IMG/VR virus record: IMGVR_UViG_3300006736_000004
Coordinates: 1 to 64,000 of that record
Reading direction: 5' to 3' (one strand)
Length of the DNA: 64,000 nucleotides
DNA from: a virus
Shown here in pieces: positions 36,226-46,839 of this stretch. The translations under genes were made by a program, and so were the position numbers. The notes below the pieces were generated by a model, which was not told the origin of the DNA, made no database searches, and saw nothing but the letters and a program-made list of their open reading frames with translations. Every line of letters begins with the position of its first letter. Position 1 is the first letter of the stretch.

Positions 36226-37013
36226 TGAGCTTTTGGGATTACGTCATACCGGGATATTCGGCTGCCAAAGATGCCAGTGATATGCAGTCTGAGGCGGCTG
36301 ACCGCTCAAGGGCGGCTATTCAAGCCGGTGAAGCGGAAATGCGGGAGTTGTACGCTCCTTATAGAGACACTGGAAAAGCAGCCACATTCACCCTTGCTGA
36401 CCTTGCTGGACAAAGCTACACTGGAAAACAAGGTAGCATAGAAGATGCCCGTTCCAAGGCTATGGAGGGGTTTTATAATGACCCCGGCTATGAGTTCCAG
36501 CAAGCTGAAGGCCAAAAAGCTCTTGAGAGGTCTGCCGCATCTAAGGGTATGTTAAGCAGTGGTGCGTTGGGGAAAGGGCTATTGAAGTACTCTCAGGGCG
36601 TTGCTGACCAAGGATACCAAAATTGGCTTAGAAATCTGAGTGGCTTATCTACGCAAGGACTGAAGGCGTCAGATGCACAATCAGCCCATGCAATGGCTGG
36701 AGCTAGGAGTCAAGCAAGCATCCTTGACCAACAGGGTGCATACCAAGCATCTGGCCCTGTAGGACAGGCTAACGCTATTCAGAATATGATAGATACGGGC
36801 ATGGAAGTTGCTGGAATGTACTACGGGAGAGAAAGAGAAGAAGATCCACAGCAAACTGCCGCCGCCGCTCAAAGGAGTAGTGGCATGATGCCCCAGGCAC
36901 AAAACGTGGGTCCATATCGACCTTGGGTAAACCCAGACACCAGAGGCTATAGCCCAGGGAGCGGGTATGAGTACAATCTGGACGCGGATAAAGTTTGGTA
37001 TGGTGGCGCTTAG
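36225..37013 (+). CDS. DNA ejection/transfer protein (P22 gp7-like)
   Basis: PGYEFQQ.EGQKALERSAA.KG.L.SG..LKYSQG.A motif. Confidence 0.75.
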   Translation: MSFWDYVIPGYSAAKDASDMQSEAADRSRAAIQAGEAEMRELYAPYRDTGKAATFTLADLAGQSYTGKQGSIEDARSKAMEGFYNDPGYEFQQAEGQKALERSAASKGMLSSGALGKGLLKYSQGVADQGYQNWLRNLSGLSTQGLKASDAQSAHAMAGARSQASILDQQGAYQASGPVGQANAIQNMIDTGMEVAGMYYGREREEDPQQTAAAAQRSSGMMPQAQNVGPYRPWVNPDTRGYSPGSGYEYNLDADKVWYGGA

Positions 37014-37016
37014 AAT

Positions 37017-37805
37017 ATGGTTGACAAGAATTACCTCCGTTCCGCAAGCGAACAGAATGATTCCTTTGATTGGGATTTGTTGCGCCCTCCTAAACAAGGC
37101 CCTACCTCTCTTGATCCTGACCAAGAGAAGGAATCCCAGAAAGGCATTCGCGCGACGGATTGGTACAACGAATACGTCTGGTATCATGGCGAAGAGCCAG
37201 ACCTTCGTCTGCCGTCTGATGACCCGCTAAAAGGGCCGCAATACGACTATAGGAACGCCTGGTTTAGAGATGTCCGACCTATCAGAGACCCAGAAGACGG
37301 CCAATTACATTGGCCAAGTTCAGCCGGTGGGCAAATGCTCAAATCAGGGAGCCATCCTACCTTCTGGAAAGAGGGCTTCATGCGCCGATATGGTGTTAAT
37401 CCCGACTCACTACGGGATGAAGACCTGATATCGCAGTACGGATGGTATCGTCGAGGTCCTCTCGTGCAAGGGCTGATGCGCCCAGATGAGCCGCCGCAGC
37501 CAGGGCCGCTTCGATTAGGTGATTGGACGGGAAGGTTAACCACCGAAGGGCGTAAGATTTACAATAATAACTTTGGTGGCTCTTCATCTGAATACACGAT
37601 TGGGGTTAAACATCCTAGCATTAATAATGGGGAGTTGACTCATATCCCAAGCATCTATGGCGGCAAGGTATTAAGCCCGATTGATGCTATAAATATGATT
37701 GCTAGGAACGGTGGCAAAGACCCAGAAACGGGCAGGTTTATAACCCCCGGCGGTGATCCTGGGAAAAGGTCATCAGGATTGGATAACAGTAGAGGACAGC
37801 GATAA
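37017..37805 (+). CDS. Hypothetical protein within the ejection-protein block
   Basis: ORF in operon, YDYRNAW..HWPS..KSGSHPT.WKE. Confidence 0.55.
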   Translation: MVDKNYLRSASEQNDSFDWDLLRPPKQGPTSLDPDQEKESQKGIRATDWYNEYVWYHGEEPDLRLPSDDPLKGPQYDYRNAWFRDVRPIRDPEDGQLHWPSSAGGQMLKSGSHPTFWKEGFMRRYGVNPDSLRDEDLISQYGWYRRGPLVQGLMRPDEPPQPGPLRLGDWTGRLTTEGRKIYNNNFGGSSSEYTIGVKHPSINNGELTHIPSIYGGKVLSPIDAINMIARNGGKDPETGRFITPGGDPGKRSSGLDNSRGQR

Positions 37806-39358
37806 TGGCCGCACCTATGGCACTTCAAATAAGACGGGGCGATCCCGGTGCATTCTCCCGTGGTGTGAGAACGATGCAAGCGCAACAAGCCAACGCCCTT
37901 AGAGCGGCAGCGGGAAGGCGGGCAGATGCGGCGCAGAGGGAGGCGGATGATACTCGTAACGCTTTTAATGTCCTTGGGCCTGATTTAATGAGCAAAGAAC
38001 CCGGTGTTCGTGATAATGCTTTAGCTCAATTGTCTAAAATCAACGCCCCTGCTGCCATTGAGCTTCAAAACAAGTTCACCAAACAAGCAAGCGAGGCGTC
38101 TAAACTTGAGATGGCTGAAGAGGCCCATGTTTGGAAAGGCAAGGGAGAGGACAGGGCTGTTGCTGGAGAAGCAAGGGATGTATTGGCCGACCAAGCTAAA
38201 CTTGAAAAGGATATGGCTGACCTTGGGGAATCCAAGCGCAAAAAGACCATAGCTGAAGCCCAATATGCTGATGCCTTGTTTACGGGTCAAGACTCTTCAA
38301 GGTGGCCCCAAATGCGTCAAGCCCTGATTAATTTTGGCGGCAACCCCAAGACAATACCGGAAACTGTTACTGAGGAACAATATAATCACCTCAAGGCCCA
38401 AGCTGCTGCTGTATCCCAATTAGGTATCAAAAAAGCAGCACCCTCTGCCATTTCTAAAATGATGGCTGAGAGGGACGCTTTGGCTGCTGCTAATCCTAAT
38501 GATCCAGCCATAGCTGTCCTTGATGATGTAATCAAGCAAAAAAGACAAGGCCGACAATCCGTTTCTCCATATCAGAACTTAGGGCCATACGTTGATGCTG
38601 ATGGAACCTATATTGGGGAAGGACTGTTAGATAAAACCACGGGCAGACGAACTATTGGTGGCGAACCCATTCCTTCTGGGTCCAGACCCCGTACTGAGGC
38701 TGCGCTAGATAAATCTTTGATGACGGGGCAGCAATTCCATAAATTGGCTGGTGAAGCCGCTGATGAGGAACGCAGCCTTCGGCAGATCAATCATTACATG
38801 GCGAATGTAGAGTCCACTGAGCAGGGTTGGTCACTGATTGCTGACCAGTTGTCTGCTCAACTCAAGACGGTCTTTGGCAAGGAACTGGACGCTAAAGAAT
38901 ATCGGACATTACTGCAAAACGGGCAACTTCAGGTTCTATTGGGGGCGTTCCGTAAGGAGGTTGTCGGTGGCGGCGTAATGACAGAGTATGACGCCTTCAG
39001 AGTCGTACAGGCTCTTGGTGGCAACCTCAGTATGCTTCGCAATAAGAAGGTGGCTATCGGCTTGTTGAAGGAAATCATGCAAGAAAAAGCCTTGAAATAC
39101 AATTCCACCATTTTGCCCCAGTACAACTTCCAAAGGAAAAGAACCAATCGTGGTGCAGGGTTCACAGCGAAAGAGCCTATTAAACTTAATGATATGTTGG
39201 GAGACAAGGGGGGGATTGTTTCAATGGGAGACAACCCAGACAATTGGGATGCTGAATACCAAGCCATTGAAGAGGGTGCAGATTATTACACACCAAAGGG
39301 CGAACTAAAAACCAAAAGAAAAGCCAAGGTGGAGGCAGAAGATGGGTTGGGAAGATGA
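37805..39358 (+). CDS. DNA ejection protein (gp20-like position)
   Basis: Helical Ala/Gln-rich protein, synteny. Confidence 0.6.
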   Translation: MAAPMALQIRRGDPGAFSRGVRTMQAQQANALRAAAGRRADAAQREADDTRNAFNVLGPDLMSKEPGVRDNALAQLSKINAPAAIELQNKFTKQASEASKLEMAEEAHVWKGKGEDRAVAGEARDVLADQAKLEKDMADLGESKRKKTIAEAQYADALFTGQDSSRWPQMRQALINFGGNPKTIPETVTEEQYNHLKAQAAAVSQLGIKKAAPSAISKMMAERDALAAANPNDPAIAVLDDVIKQKRQGRQSVSPYQNLGPYVDADGTYIGEGLLDKTTGRRTIGGEPIPSGSRPRTEAALDKSLMTGQQFHKLAGEAADEERSLRQINHYMANVESTEQGWSLIADQLSAQLKTVFGKELDAKEYRTLLQNGQLQVLLGAFRKEVVGGGVMTEYDAFRVVQALGGNLSMLRNKKVAIGLLKEIMQEKALKYNSTILPQYNFQRKRTNRGAGFTAKEPIKLNDMLGDKGGIVSMGDNPDNWDAEYQAIEEGADYYTPKGELKTKRKAKVEAEDGLGR

Positions 39359-41342
39359 TCCAGTTGCAAGTGGTGGTGCCAAATCCCCTTGGGACGCTGA
39401 CCCTGTGGCGGGAGAGAGGCAACCTGAGACTAATATATGGTCTGGATTCTCCAAAGAAGGTGTGGAAAAATTAGGCACAGCCGCCACTGATGTTGTGCGT
39501 AGCGTTGCTGAAGGCGCAATGATGGGCTATGCAGATGAGTTTGGTGCGGGAATGAATGCTTTGCTTGGTCAGGGTACTTATGAAGAAAACTTGGCTGCTG
39601 AAGAGGCAAGGAGTGCTGAAATCCACCCCGGTATAGCTATTCCCGGCGAGATTGCGGGAGGAGTGGCTACTGCCACTGTTACAGGCCCTGCTGCCGCTGC
39701 TACTCGTTTAGGGCAAACCTTCAAGCAACTCCCCGGCTGGGTTCAAGCGTCTGGTCTTGGTGCGCTCTGGAGTGGATTGTATTCTTCTGGCAAAGCTAAA
39801 GAAGGAAAACGGGTAGAAGAAGGCATAGAGGGAGCGAAGATAGGTGCTATTGCTGGCCCTGTAGTGCATGGAGCCATTAAGGGCGTTCAAGCCGTCAGGG
39901 GTTTGCGTAAAGCCAAGACAATGCCTGAAGAGAAAGCCGCCCAACTTCTCGCTAAGAAGTTAATCGAAGATGACACCACCCCTAACAAAGTGAGAGTACG
40001 GCTTCGCACCCTTGGTCCCCAAGCTACTATTATGGATGCGGCAGGAGAAAATGTTGTCGGTTTGACTAGAGCAATAGCAGCCCTCCCCGGTCCTGCCAAA
40101 AATAAGGTCATCAAAGTTTTACGGGAGCGTTCTCAGAAGGAAAGTGAACGCATTCAAAAGGATGTCACTAGAAACCTTGGCCCCGGCGATTACCTTGCCG
40201 CCGAAGATAAGTTCTTGGAAAAACTCAGTTCTAACGCCCGTGACGCTTATACCCGTGCGTATCAAGGCAATCCGGTTGTAACGTCTCGTAATCTGGAGCT
40301 AATGCTGAAGACTCCCATTATGCAAAAAGCCCTCAAGGAAGCCGCAGAACTTGCGGGTATTGAGAGGGCGGCAGGAACGGCTAAATGGCTTGGCCCTGTA
40401 GACAAAGAGCTTACAGAGATGGCTAATTACGCTGCCAGTGTAGGGCTAATGGCCCGTCCTGACCGCCCCGGTGTAGCCAAGGGGCTGTCCCTTGAGACAT
40501 GGGACTATCTTAAAAAAGGCATTGATTCCATATTAGATAAACCGGCCTACCGGAATGAATTGACGGGCAAGCTCAATAAGAAGGGGTTTGTCGTTAACAA
40601 GCTACGCAAGAGTCTTGTCAATTTGCTGGATAAGCATACTGGTGGGGACAAATCGTTATACAAAACGGCCAGAGGGCAATACGAAAGCAATGCAGAAGCA
40701 GTCAATGCCTTAAGAGAAGGTAAGGGGTTCTTGAGGCAGTCCCCAGAGCAAATACGAAAATCTCTAGGCGATCTCTCCAAAGCCGGACAAGCAGCATATC
40801 GTAACGGTGCCTCAAGGGCAGTCATGGATGTTGTAGAGGGAGTTCCTGACGGTGCGAGTGCAGCAAGGCGATTGTTTAACAAGTCGGCGTCCAGAAAGAG
40901 GCTTGAAGCTGTATTCCCCACACCCAAGGGGTTCCGTGAGTTCACACAGAAGATGCTTGCAGAGCAGAGATTTTCTGATGTTAAGGGTATGATAGGGTCA
41001 GGCTCAAGAACCGCTCCGATGGCCGCAGAGATGCAAGAGGTTGAAAAGGCTGCTGGCTCTGCTGGCGCTATCTTGGGTACGAAGGTTCCCGGCGCTCATG
41101 CCTTGGTGGCTTCCCGAATTGGCAGAGAGTATGCCATTAAGTTCTTCAGAGCATTCCGTGGATCACACTCTGAAACAGACAGGGCTATGGCGAGGATGCT
41201 GGTGAGCCGCAGTAAGGCCGACCAAGAACGTGCCTTGGGCATGATAGAAGCTATGTATAAGCAAGAGAAGGGTCAGGTAGCCACTCAAATTGGTCCCAAG
41301 GAACGTGCCGCCATTATAGGCGTCTCGCAACAAACACCTTAA
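39342..41342 (+). CDS. Large DNA ejection protein (gp16-like position)
   Basis: N-terminal W.DDP repeats, Gly/Ala hydrophobic segments and GSRTA motif. Confidence 0.65.
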   Translation: MGWEDDPVASGGAKSPWDADPVAGERQPETNIWSGFSKEGVEKLGTAATDVVRSVAEGAMMGYADEFGAGMNALLGQGTYEENLAAEEARSAEIHPGIAIPGEIAGGVATATVTGPAAAATRLGQTFKQLPGWVQASGLGALWSGLYSSGKAKEGKRVEEGIEGAKIGAIAGPVVHGAIKGVQAVRGLRKAKTMPEEKAAQLLAKKLIEDDTTPNKVRVRLRTLGPQATIMDAAGENVVGLTRAIAALPGPAKNKVIKVLRERSQKESERIQKDVTRNLGPGDYLAAEDKFLEKLSSNARDAYTRAYQGNPVVTSRNLELMLKTPIMQKALKEAAELAGIERAAGTAKWLGPVDKELTEMANYAASVGLMARPDRPGVAKGLSLETWDYLKKGIDSILDKPAYRNELTGKLNKKGFVVNKLRKSLVNLLDKHTGGDKSLYKTARGQYESNAEAVNALREGKGFLRQSPEQIRKSLGDLSKAGQAAYRNGASRAVMDVVEGVPDGASAARRLFNKSASRKRLEAVFPTPKGFREFTQKMLAEQRFSDVKGMIGSGSRTAPMAAEMQEVEKAAGSAGAILGTKVPGAHALVASRIGREYAIKFFRAFRGSHSETDRAMARMLVSRSKADQERALGMIEAMYKQEKGQVATQIGPKERAAIIGVSQQTP

Positions 41343-41358
41343 TTAACGGAGTACCCCA

Positions 41359-42597
41359 ATGGCGGTGCGATTTAACACAACCCGTATCCAGTATCTGGAT
41401 GAGAGTGGCGATCCCTATTCTGGGGGATTGATGAATTATTACGAAACTGGAACTTCCACTAGGTTAGATACATATTCAGACAACGCTTTGAGTTCAGCCA
41501 ACGCTAATCCTGTGGTAGCAGATTCAGCGGGTAGGTTTGGAGACATATTCCTGAAGGGACAAGACTATAAGGTGGTCTTTACCAATTCAGCCGGGACTAC
41601 TATATGGACTGCTGACCCTGTTCACGGGATCATTACGGATAGGTCTGTGTCGGCCAAGACGGGGACGTATACGGTAACGACGGCTGACAATGGTAAGCTG
41701 ATTACAGGAGATGCTTCTGGTGGCGACTTCACCATCACCCTTCCTGCTGCTGCGACTGCCGGTGGTACGTTTGAGGTCACTATTAAGAACATTGGCTCTT
41801 CTGGAACTGTTACCGTTGACGGAGATGGCTCTGAGACTATCGACGGGTCCACCACTCTAGTTCTTAATCATCAGTACGATTCCTACCTTCTGCGTTGTGA
41901 CGGCACTGTATGGCATACGGTTATCTTCTTAAACAAGGCCGCTGTTCTTGATGGGATTAACGACCTCACTGAAGACACCGCCCCTGACCCGTCTGCTGAT
42001 TGGCTTGTGACTTATGATGACACAGCCTCTCTCGCCAAGAAGATTCAAATGCGGCTGGCTGGATCATGGGTGAGGATTGATTCAGAGGAAGCATCCACTT
42101 CAGCATCCATTACCCTAACGGGCCTAGACGCTACTTATGATACTTATGTAGTCATAGGGGATGATTTGATGCCCGCAACTGATAATGTGGCTGCATGGTT
42201 AAGGCTAGGTGACAGTAGCGGTGTTGATTCTGGTGCGTCTGATTACGATTGGGTCAATAGTGATGGTATGATTGCTAGTGCTGAAGGAACAGCAGTTACC
42301 GCACCACAATATAACCGGGACACTGATGATGCCCAAATAGTAATAGCACAAGCTGCTATTGGTTCTGCCGCTGGAGAGGGACTAAGTTTCGTCGCATTTC
42401 TAGCTGCTCATCGTGGGACAGGCTATCCTCGAATACACGGTAATCTTGTTAGCGGTGACACCAGCACACAGACACGTACTGGTGAGTTCGGTGGAGCCAG
42501 AAAATCTACAATTACAACAGATCGTGTATATTTCCAGTTTTCATCTGGTAATATTGCAAGCGGAAGATTGACGGTGTGGGGATTGTCTCATGTTTAG
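41359..42597 (+). CDS. Tail fibre/spike with a head-binding-type N-terminal domain
   Basis: D.SGDP..GG..YETGT...TYSD..NANPVVADSAGR..YKVV motif. Confidence 0.75.
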   Translation: MAVRFNTTRIQYLDESGDPYSGGLMNYYETGTSTRLDTYSDNALSSANANPVVADSAGRFGDIFLKGQDYKVVFTNSAGTTIWTADPVHGIITDRSVSAKTGTYTVTTADNGKLITGDASGGDFTITLPAAATAGGTFEVTIKNIGSSGTVTVDGDGSETIDGSTTLVLNHQYDSYLLRCDGTVWHTVIFLNKAAVLDGINDLTEDTAPDPSADWLVTYDDTASLAKKIQMRLAGSWVRIDSEEASTSASITLTGLDATYDTYVVIGDDLMPATDNVAAWLRLGDSSGVDSGASDYDWVNSDGMIASAEGTAVTAPQYNRDTDDAQIVIAQAAIGSAAGEGLSFVAFLAAHRGTGYPRIHGNLVSGDTSTQTRTGEFGGARKSTITTDRVYFQFSSGNIASGRLTVWGLSHV

Positions 42598-42606
42598 GAT
42601 AGTCCA

Positions 42607-42900
42607 ATGACCCCTGATCATAGATCACCAATAGAAAAACACCTACAAAGCCTTGCTTTGACTGTGTTGGTAGGTTTCTCAATGTGGAACCTCTCAGTGG
42701 TCACAAGCTTGCGTACTGACATAACCAAACTACAGCAGGAAGTGGCTGTGATGCAAAACGAAGTCAAACACCTCAAAGAGAGGGTATCTTATGTCTCTTC
42801 CGACAAACTTGCTAATATAGATTTTAAATTAGATGCCCTAACCAAGCAGATTATGGAACTGGATGAACGTATGGGTGGAGTGTCAATTGGAAGGAACTAA
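42607..42900 (+). CDS. Membrane-anchored coiled-coil protein (holin-like)
   Basis: One N-terminal TM helix followed by a coiled coil, after the fibre gene. Confidence 0.45.
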   Translation: MTPDHRSPIEKHLQSLALTVLVGFSMWNLSVVTSLRTDITKLQQEVAVMQNEVKHLKERVSYVSSDKLANIDFKLDALTKQIMELDERMGGVSIGRN

Positions 42901-43079
42901 TAGTCATTGACAGTCATGCCAAAATTACTATTGGGTTAGTTTGCTCTTTACTTTCAGGGGTAGCCATGAGAGTATGGTAGCATCTGATATAGATATTAGG
43001 ATTACGTGTTTCTAGTAGAGGTTTGCATAGAGTCACATCGTATCAGAGAAAGATTGGAGTAAGTGTGAGGTACCCCTTT

Positions 43080-43445
43080 ATGATTCTAGCAGTCTTTTTG
43101 ATGGGCTGCACATCCCCAAAAGAAGCCACTGTGGCTAAAACAGCGACTCAATGCGGTGAGAGTGACCATTTCCTCTGGCCCGTCTGGATAGATAACTTGT
43201 ATGAACGCAACCAGGGTGCGGTCTTAATGAAAATACCAGAAGAACACAGGGTAAGGTTCTTGTCTGCATATAACGCCAAAGAGCCTATGTCTAATGACAA
43301 TCCACCTAGATTATATATGTTTTCTCATCCCGCATCACTGTTTTTGATAATTGTGGGTGTGGAAAATGGTTGTGTGATTTTAACACAACAAATGAGTATA
43401 CCTGAGTTTAAAGACATCTTAGAACCAATGAATATGACTATTTAA
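43080..43445 (+). CDS. Putative lipoprotein
   Basis: MILAVFLMG-C lipobox-like signal. Confidence 0.45.
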   Translation: MILAVFLMGCTSPKEATVAKTATQCGESDHFLWPVWIDNLYERNQGAVLMKIPEEHRVRFLSAYNAKEPMSNDNPPRLYMFSHPASLFLIIVGVENGCVILTQQMSIPEFKDILEPMNMTI

Positions 43446-44737
43446 TGAAATTGTCGAAAAAACAGGCACAGGAAGCGGTAGATGCGCTCACTAGAGCCAT
43501 TGACGCTGGCTACCCTCTTGGGAAAGGGGGAGTCCCCCCAGGGGAACTGGGGGCGTATAGAGCGGCTGCTGATGAGCTAGGTCTTTCTGTTCGCACTATC
43601 AGAGATCGTGTCTCCACTGCCAAAGCGAAAGGCATTACAATCCCTGATGATTCTGAAGCCCTAGAAGCCCAACAAATCCACAAAACCCAACAGAACAAAT
43701 TGCGCTTAGAGGAAGAGAACAAGACCCTCAAGCAGCAACTCTCCGATATTCACAAAGCCAACATAGAGGCCACACAGATTAAAGAGTGGATCGTTGGTAT
43801 TCAAACCTCCCTACCGAAACCACCTGAATGGATTATCGAATCTTCTAAAAAGGGTGGTCCCGGCGTACCGGTTACGCTATGGGCTGATTGGCATCTTGGA
43901 GAAGTTGTCAACCCTGACCAAGTTGCTGGATTGAACGCATTTAATATTGACATTGCCCAGAAGCGTGTTAAGCGATTGGTGGAGAAGATCATCCACCTAT
44001 CGTTTGACTATTCAAATGAGCCAAACTATCCTGGTATTGTCGCAGCGTTAGGTGGGGATATAGTCAGTGGGAATTTGCACGATCTGGGAGAAACGAATGA
44101 TGCCACGCTGGCTGAACAGGTTATTTCCGCCTTCAGGATTATTGCCCCGGCCATCACTGCTCTGGCTGATTCTTTTGGGGCTGTTTTCTGTCCTTGTGTT
44201 ACAGGCAATCATGGACGCCTCAGTATAAAGCCCAAGATCAAGAACCGTGTGCAAGATAATGTCGAATGGCTACTGTATCATTTCTTGGATGAGTATTTCA
44301 AAGATGATAGCCGTGTCACGTTATTAATCCCAGACCATACTGATGCTTTGTTTTCTGTAGCAGGGCATAGGTTTTTACTTCAGCATGGTGACTCCACAGG
44401 TGCGAGGGGTGGTGATGGGATCGTAGGAGCTATCGGACCTATAGTGCGCGGCGAGAAGAAGGTTCGTGATACACAGGCTATGGTACAAGAGACATACGAC
44501 ACAATGTTAATGGGTCATTGGCACCAGACAGTGTTCTTGGATGGTGTTATAGTATCTCCTGCACTCAAGGGATATTGTGAGTTCGCTCGTAACGCTATGA
44601 GGGCTAGGCCAGAGCGTCCTGCACAATGGCTGTTCTATGTGCATACGGATCAAGGCATCAATGACGCCAAGAGGATTTACCTAGAGGACAAGCCTTCTAG
44701 GGGTAATGTAAATTGGGTGTCATGGCCCAAAGAATGA
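43445..44737 (+). CDS. Calcineurin-like metallophosphoesterase with N-terminal HTH and coiled coil
   Basis: ADWHLGE, GGDIVSG, GNHGR, QHGD and GHWH motifs. Confidence 0.85.
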   Translation: MKLSKKQAQEAVDALTRAIDAGYPLGKGGVPPGELGAYRAAADELGLSVRTIRDRVSTAKAKGITIPDDSEALEAQQIHKTQQNKLRLEEENKTLKQQLSDIHKANIEATQIKEWIVGIQTSLPKPPEWIIESSKKGGPGVPVTLWADWHLGEVVNPDQVAGLNAFNIDIAQKRVKRLVEKIIHLSFDYSNEPNYPGIVAALGGDIVSGNLHDLGETNDATLAEQVISAFRIIAPAITALADSFGAVFCPCVTGNHGRLSIKPKIKNRVQDNVEWLLYHFLDEYFKDDSRVTLLIPDHTDALFSVAGHRFLLQHGDSTGARGGDGIVGAIGPIVRGEKKVRDTQAMVQETYDTMLMGHWHQTVFLDGVIVSPALKGYCEFARNAMRARPERPAQWLFYVHTDQGINDAKRIYLEDKPSRGNVNWVSWPKE

Positions 44738-44840
44738 AGGGTGATAAGGCAAAATACGAATGTCTGAATTGTGGATGCAGGTAGGAACGATCAATTGAGT
44801 GGGGTGTTCTGCCCCTTTTGCTTCCACCTCATTCTGAAAA

Positions 44841-45083
44841 ATGTCCAACCTGTGGAAACCTTTATTTCAAATGGGTGAACCGATTAGAAGAATGAACCCC
44901 ACTTTGTACGCTTGTATCAACGTAGGCATAGGGTTCTTCATAGCCATCCTCATCACGCACTACGTTCTACCCCACTGGGGGTACGAAGCGTCGTTAGAGA
45001 ACGACCTCGTAGTGACTACAATCTACACAGTCGTAGCATTGATCAGGAATGATATAGTCTACAGGATATGCCATCGTGAGTAG
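44841..45083 (+). CDS. Small two-TM membrane protein
   Basis: Two hydrophobic segments. Confidence 0.45.
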   Translation: MSNLWKPLFQMGEPIRRMNPTLYACINVGIGFFIAILITHYVLPHWGYEASLENDLVVTTIYTVVALIRNDIVYRICHRE

Positions 45084-45339
45084 AAAGGTTGTTGAGCAGG
45101 TAATCCTTGGATATGTTGACCCAGTTAATCCAGACCACTACAAGTATGGTAAGACTGAGGTCATCGACATACTGCAAGACCAGTTAACAACTGAAGAGTT
45201 TCGCGGGATGCTGCGAGGCAACATCTTAAAATACCTTCTCCGCTATCCTTTCAAGGGTGGTGTGACTGACTTAGAGAAGGCCCAGTGGTATCTGACCAGA
45301 TTGATAAATTTAGAAAATGATCAAGCACCCCCAGAATGA
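45076..45339 (+). CDS. DUF3310 protein
   Basis: DPVNPDHY..EVID..GNILKYL.R..KGG..DLEKAQWYL. Confidence 0.85.
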   Translation: MSRKVVEQVILGYVDPVNPDHYKYGKTEVIDILQDQLTTEEFRGMLRGNILKYLLRYPFKGGVTDLEKAQWYLTRLINLENDQAPPE

Positions 45340-45718
45340 TGACATTGTTCTCTTCACAGAAGCTGAATTAAGATGCAAGGCAACCAAAAAAACTGTGCTA
45401 TTGGCCGGGTTTGCTGACAAACTCGCTTACCTACGGGTAAGGTTCGCCACACCAATGAAGGTCAACAGTTGTTGCCGGTCATTATCCCACAATAAAGACA
45501 TAGGTGGGCATCTCAGAAGCCTACATATATACGATAGTGAGCGTCATGGCGTGACGGGTTGCCTTGCTATCGACATTCATATACCCAATGCTCAGTACGC
45601 TAGTGACCTAATAGGGGTTGCTCACAGCGAAGGCTGGTCATTAGGCGTTGCTAAAACATTCATTCATTTAGATAGGCGTGATATGGTGGGACTTCCTCAA
45701 GCAGCGTTTGGATATTGA
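45317..45718 (+). CDS. Peptidase M15 endolysin
   Basis: FT..EL.C, NS.CR..HN..IGG..SLH, AIDI and FIHLD motifs. Confidence 0.8.
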   Translation: MIKHPQNDDIVLFTEAELRCKATKKTVLLAGFADKLAYLRVRFATPMKVNSCCRSLSHNKDIGGHLRSLHIYDSERHGVTGCLAIDIHIPNAQYASDLIGVAHSEGWSLGVAKTFIHLDRRDMVGLPQAAFGY

Positions 45719-46384
45719 ATGATTCACACCTGTGCGTACTTATCCAGACAGGCATATGAGGACAAACCCTCTGTAAACGAAGTGGGTCATTATCTGGTTG
45801 ACACGTTTGATATAAACGGGACTCAAGGTTTTGTTTCATGTGAACCAGATGAAAACTCTCACGACAAGATGTTCCTCACATTCAGGGGGACTGAGCCTGA
45901 AGACTATCTGACTGATCTGAATTACGTCAAGACCGATTGGATGGTGGGTGGCCGGGTGCATAAAGGTTTTTCTAACGCATTCAAGCAGGTTCACAATCAT
46001 GTGCAATGCGTGATTGACCAATATCCAAAAAATAAATGGATATTTACGGGTCATTCATTGGGTGGTGCGTTAGCGATGTTGGCGGCGTCTTATTGGCCCC
46101 CGGAACAGGTTCACACTTTCGGTTGTCCCAGAGTTGGCAACTCAGGCTTTGTAAAAACCGTACTTTGTAAAGTACACCGTTACGAAAACTGGGATGATCC
46201 CGTTCCATACCTTCCGACGATAACATCTCCACGACAAATTTTTTCTTCACTTATCGGTCTACGCCGTCCTACATTCTATCGTCACGCAGGACGGGTCATT
46301 CGTATGTGTGGCGTAGGGCATTCAATCAAACAATACGAATCTGCCGCATCACTTATGAAGGAGCTTAAACATGGAACCCATTGA
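45719..46384 (+). CDS. Class 3 lipase
   Basis: FRGT, VHKGF, TGHSLGGALA, TFGCPRVGN and DPVP motifs. Confidence 0.9.
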   Translation: MIHTCAYLSRQAYEDKPSVNEVGHYLVDTFDINGTQGFVSCEPDENSHDKMFLTFRGTEPEDYLTDLNYVKTDWMVGGRVHKGFSNAFKQVHNHVQCVIDQYPKNKWIFTGHSLGGALAMLAASYWPPEQVHTFGCPRVGNSGFVKTVLCKVHRYENWDDPVPYLPTITSPRQIFSSLIGLRRPTFYRHAGRVIRMCGVGHSIKQYESAASLMKELKHGTH

Positions 46385-46658
46385 AGCCTTAGACCTTGAA
46401 CAAGTCGCCGTTGAGGTTACTGATAACGCATACCAATCAGCTAGGGATGAGTGGGAAGAAATTTCTGCTCGTTATGCTGAGTTGCGTGGCAACAGCAGTG
46501 GCAATCTTGGGGAGATCACAGGACTTATTAAAAAGTACGCTCCCACAACTGCCAAGTACCTTGGCGGCCCTGCTGCTGGTGCTGCCGTCGCCACTATGCT
46601 GGCTAACGATGGGGGTTTCTCTAAAGTCATCGGGACGGTGAGCAAAATCTTTGGCTAA
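46371..46658 (+). CDS. Hypothetical protein
   Basis: AAGGAG RBS, overlaps the lipase stop. Confidence 0.55.
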   Translation: MEPIEALDLEQVAVEVTDNAYQSARDEWEEISARYAELRGNSSGNLGEITGLIKKYAPTTAKYLGGPAAGAAVATMLANDGGFSKVIGTVSKIFG

Positions 46659-46839
46659 CGAAGGAGTCATGCGGACAATTAATGGCACTGTGCCAATGGC
46701 CTTCATTAGAGAGATGCAGAAGGTAAGGAGTCAACTGGCCGTGGTGGAAGCTGAACGCAATGCAGCCAAACGGGAAGTTGAGCGTTGGCGTAGGAAGAAT
46801 ATCGAACTGACTATGTTGTTGGATGCTGCTACGAAGTAG
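46651..46839 (+). CDS. Small coiled-coil protein
   Basis: Last plus-strand ORF before the array. Confidence 0.45.
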   Translation: MANEGVMRTINGTVPMAFIREMQKVRSQLAVVEAERNAAKREVERWRRKNIELTMLLDAATK

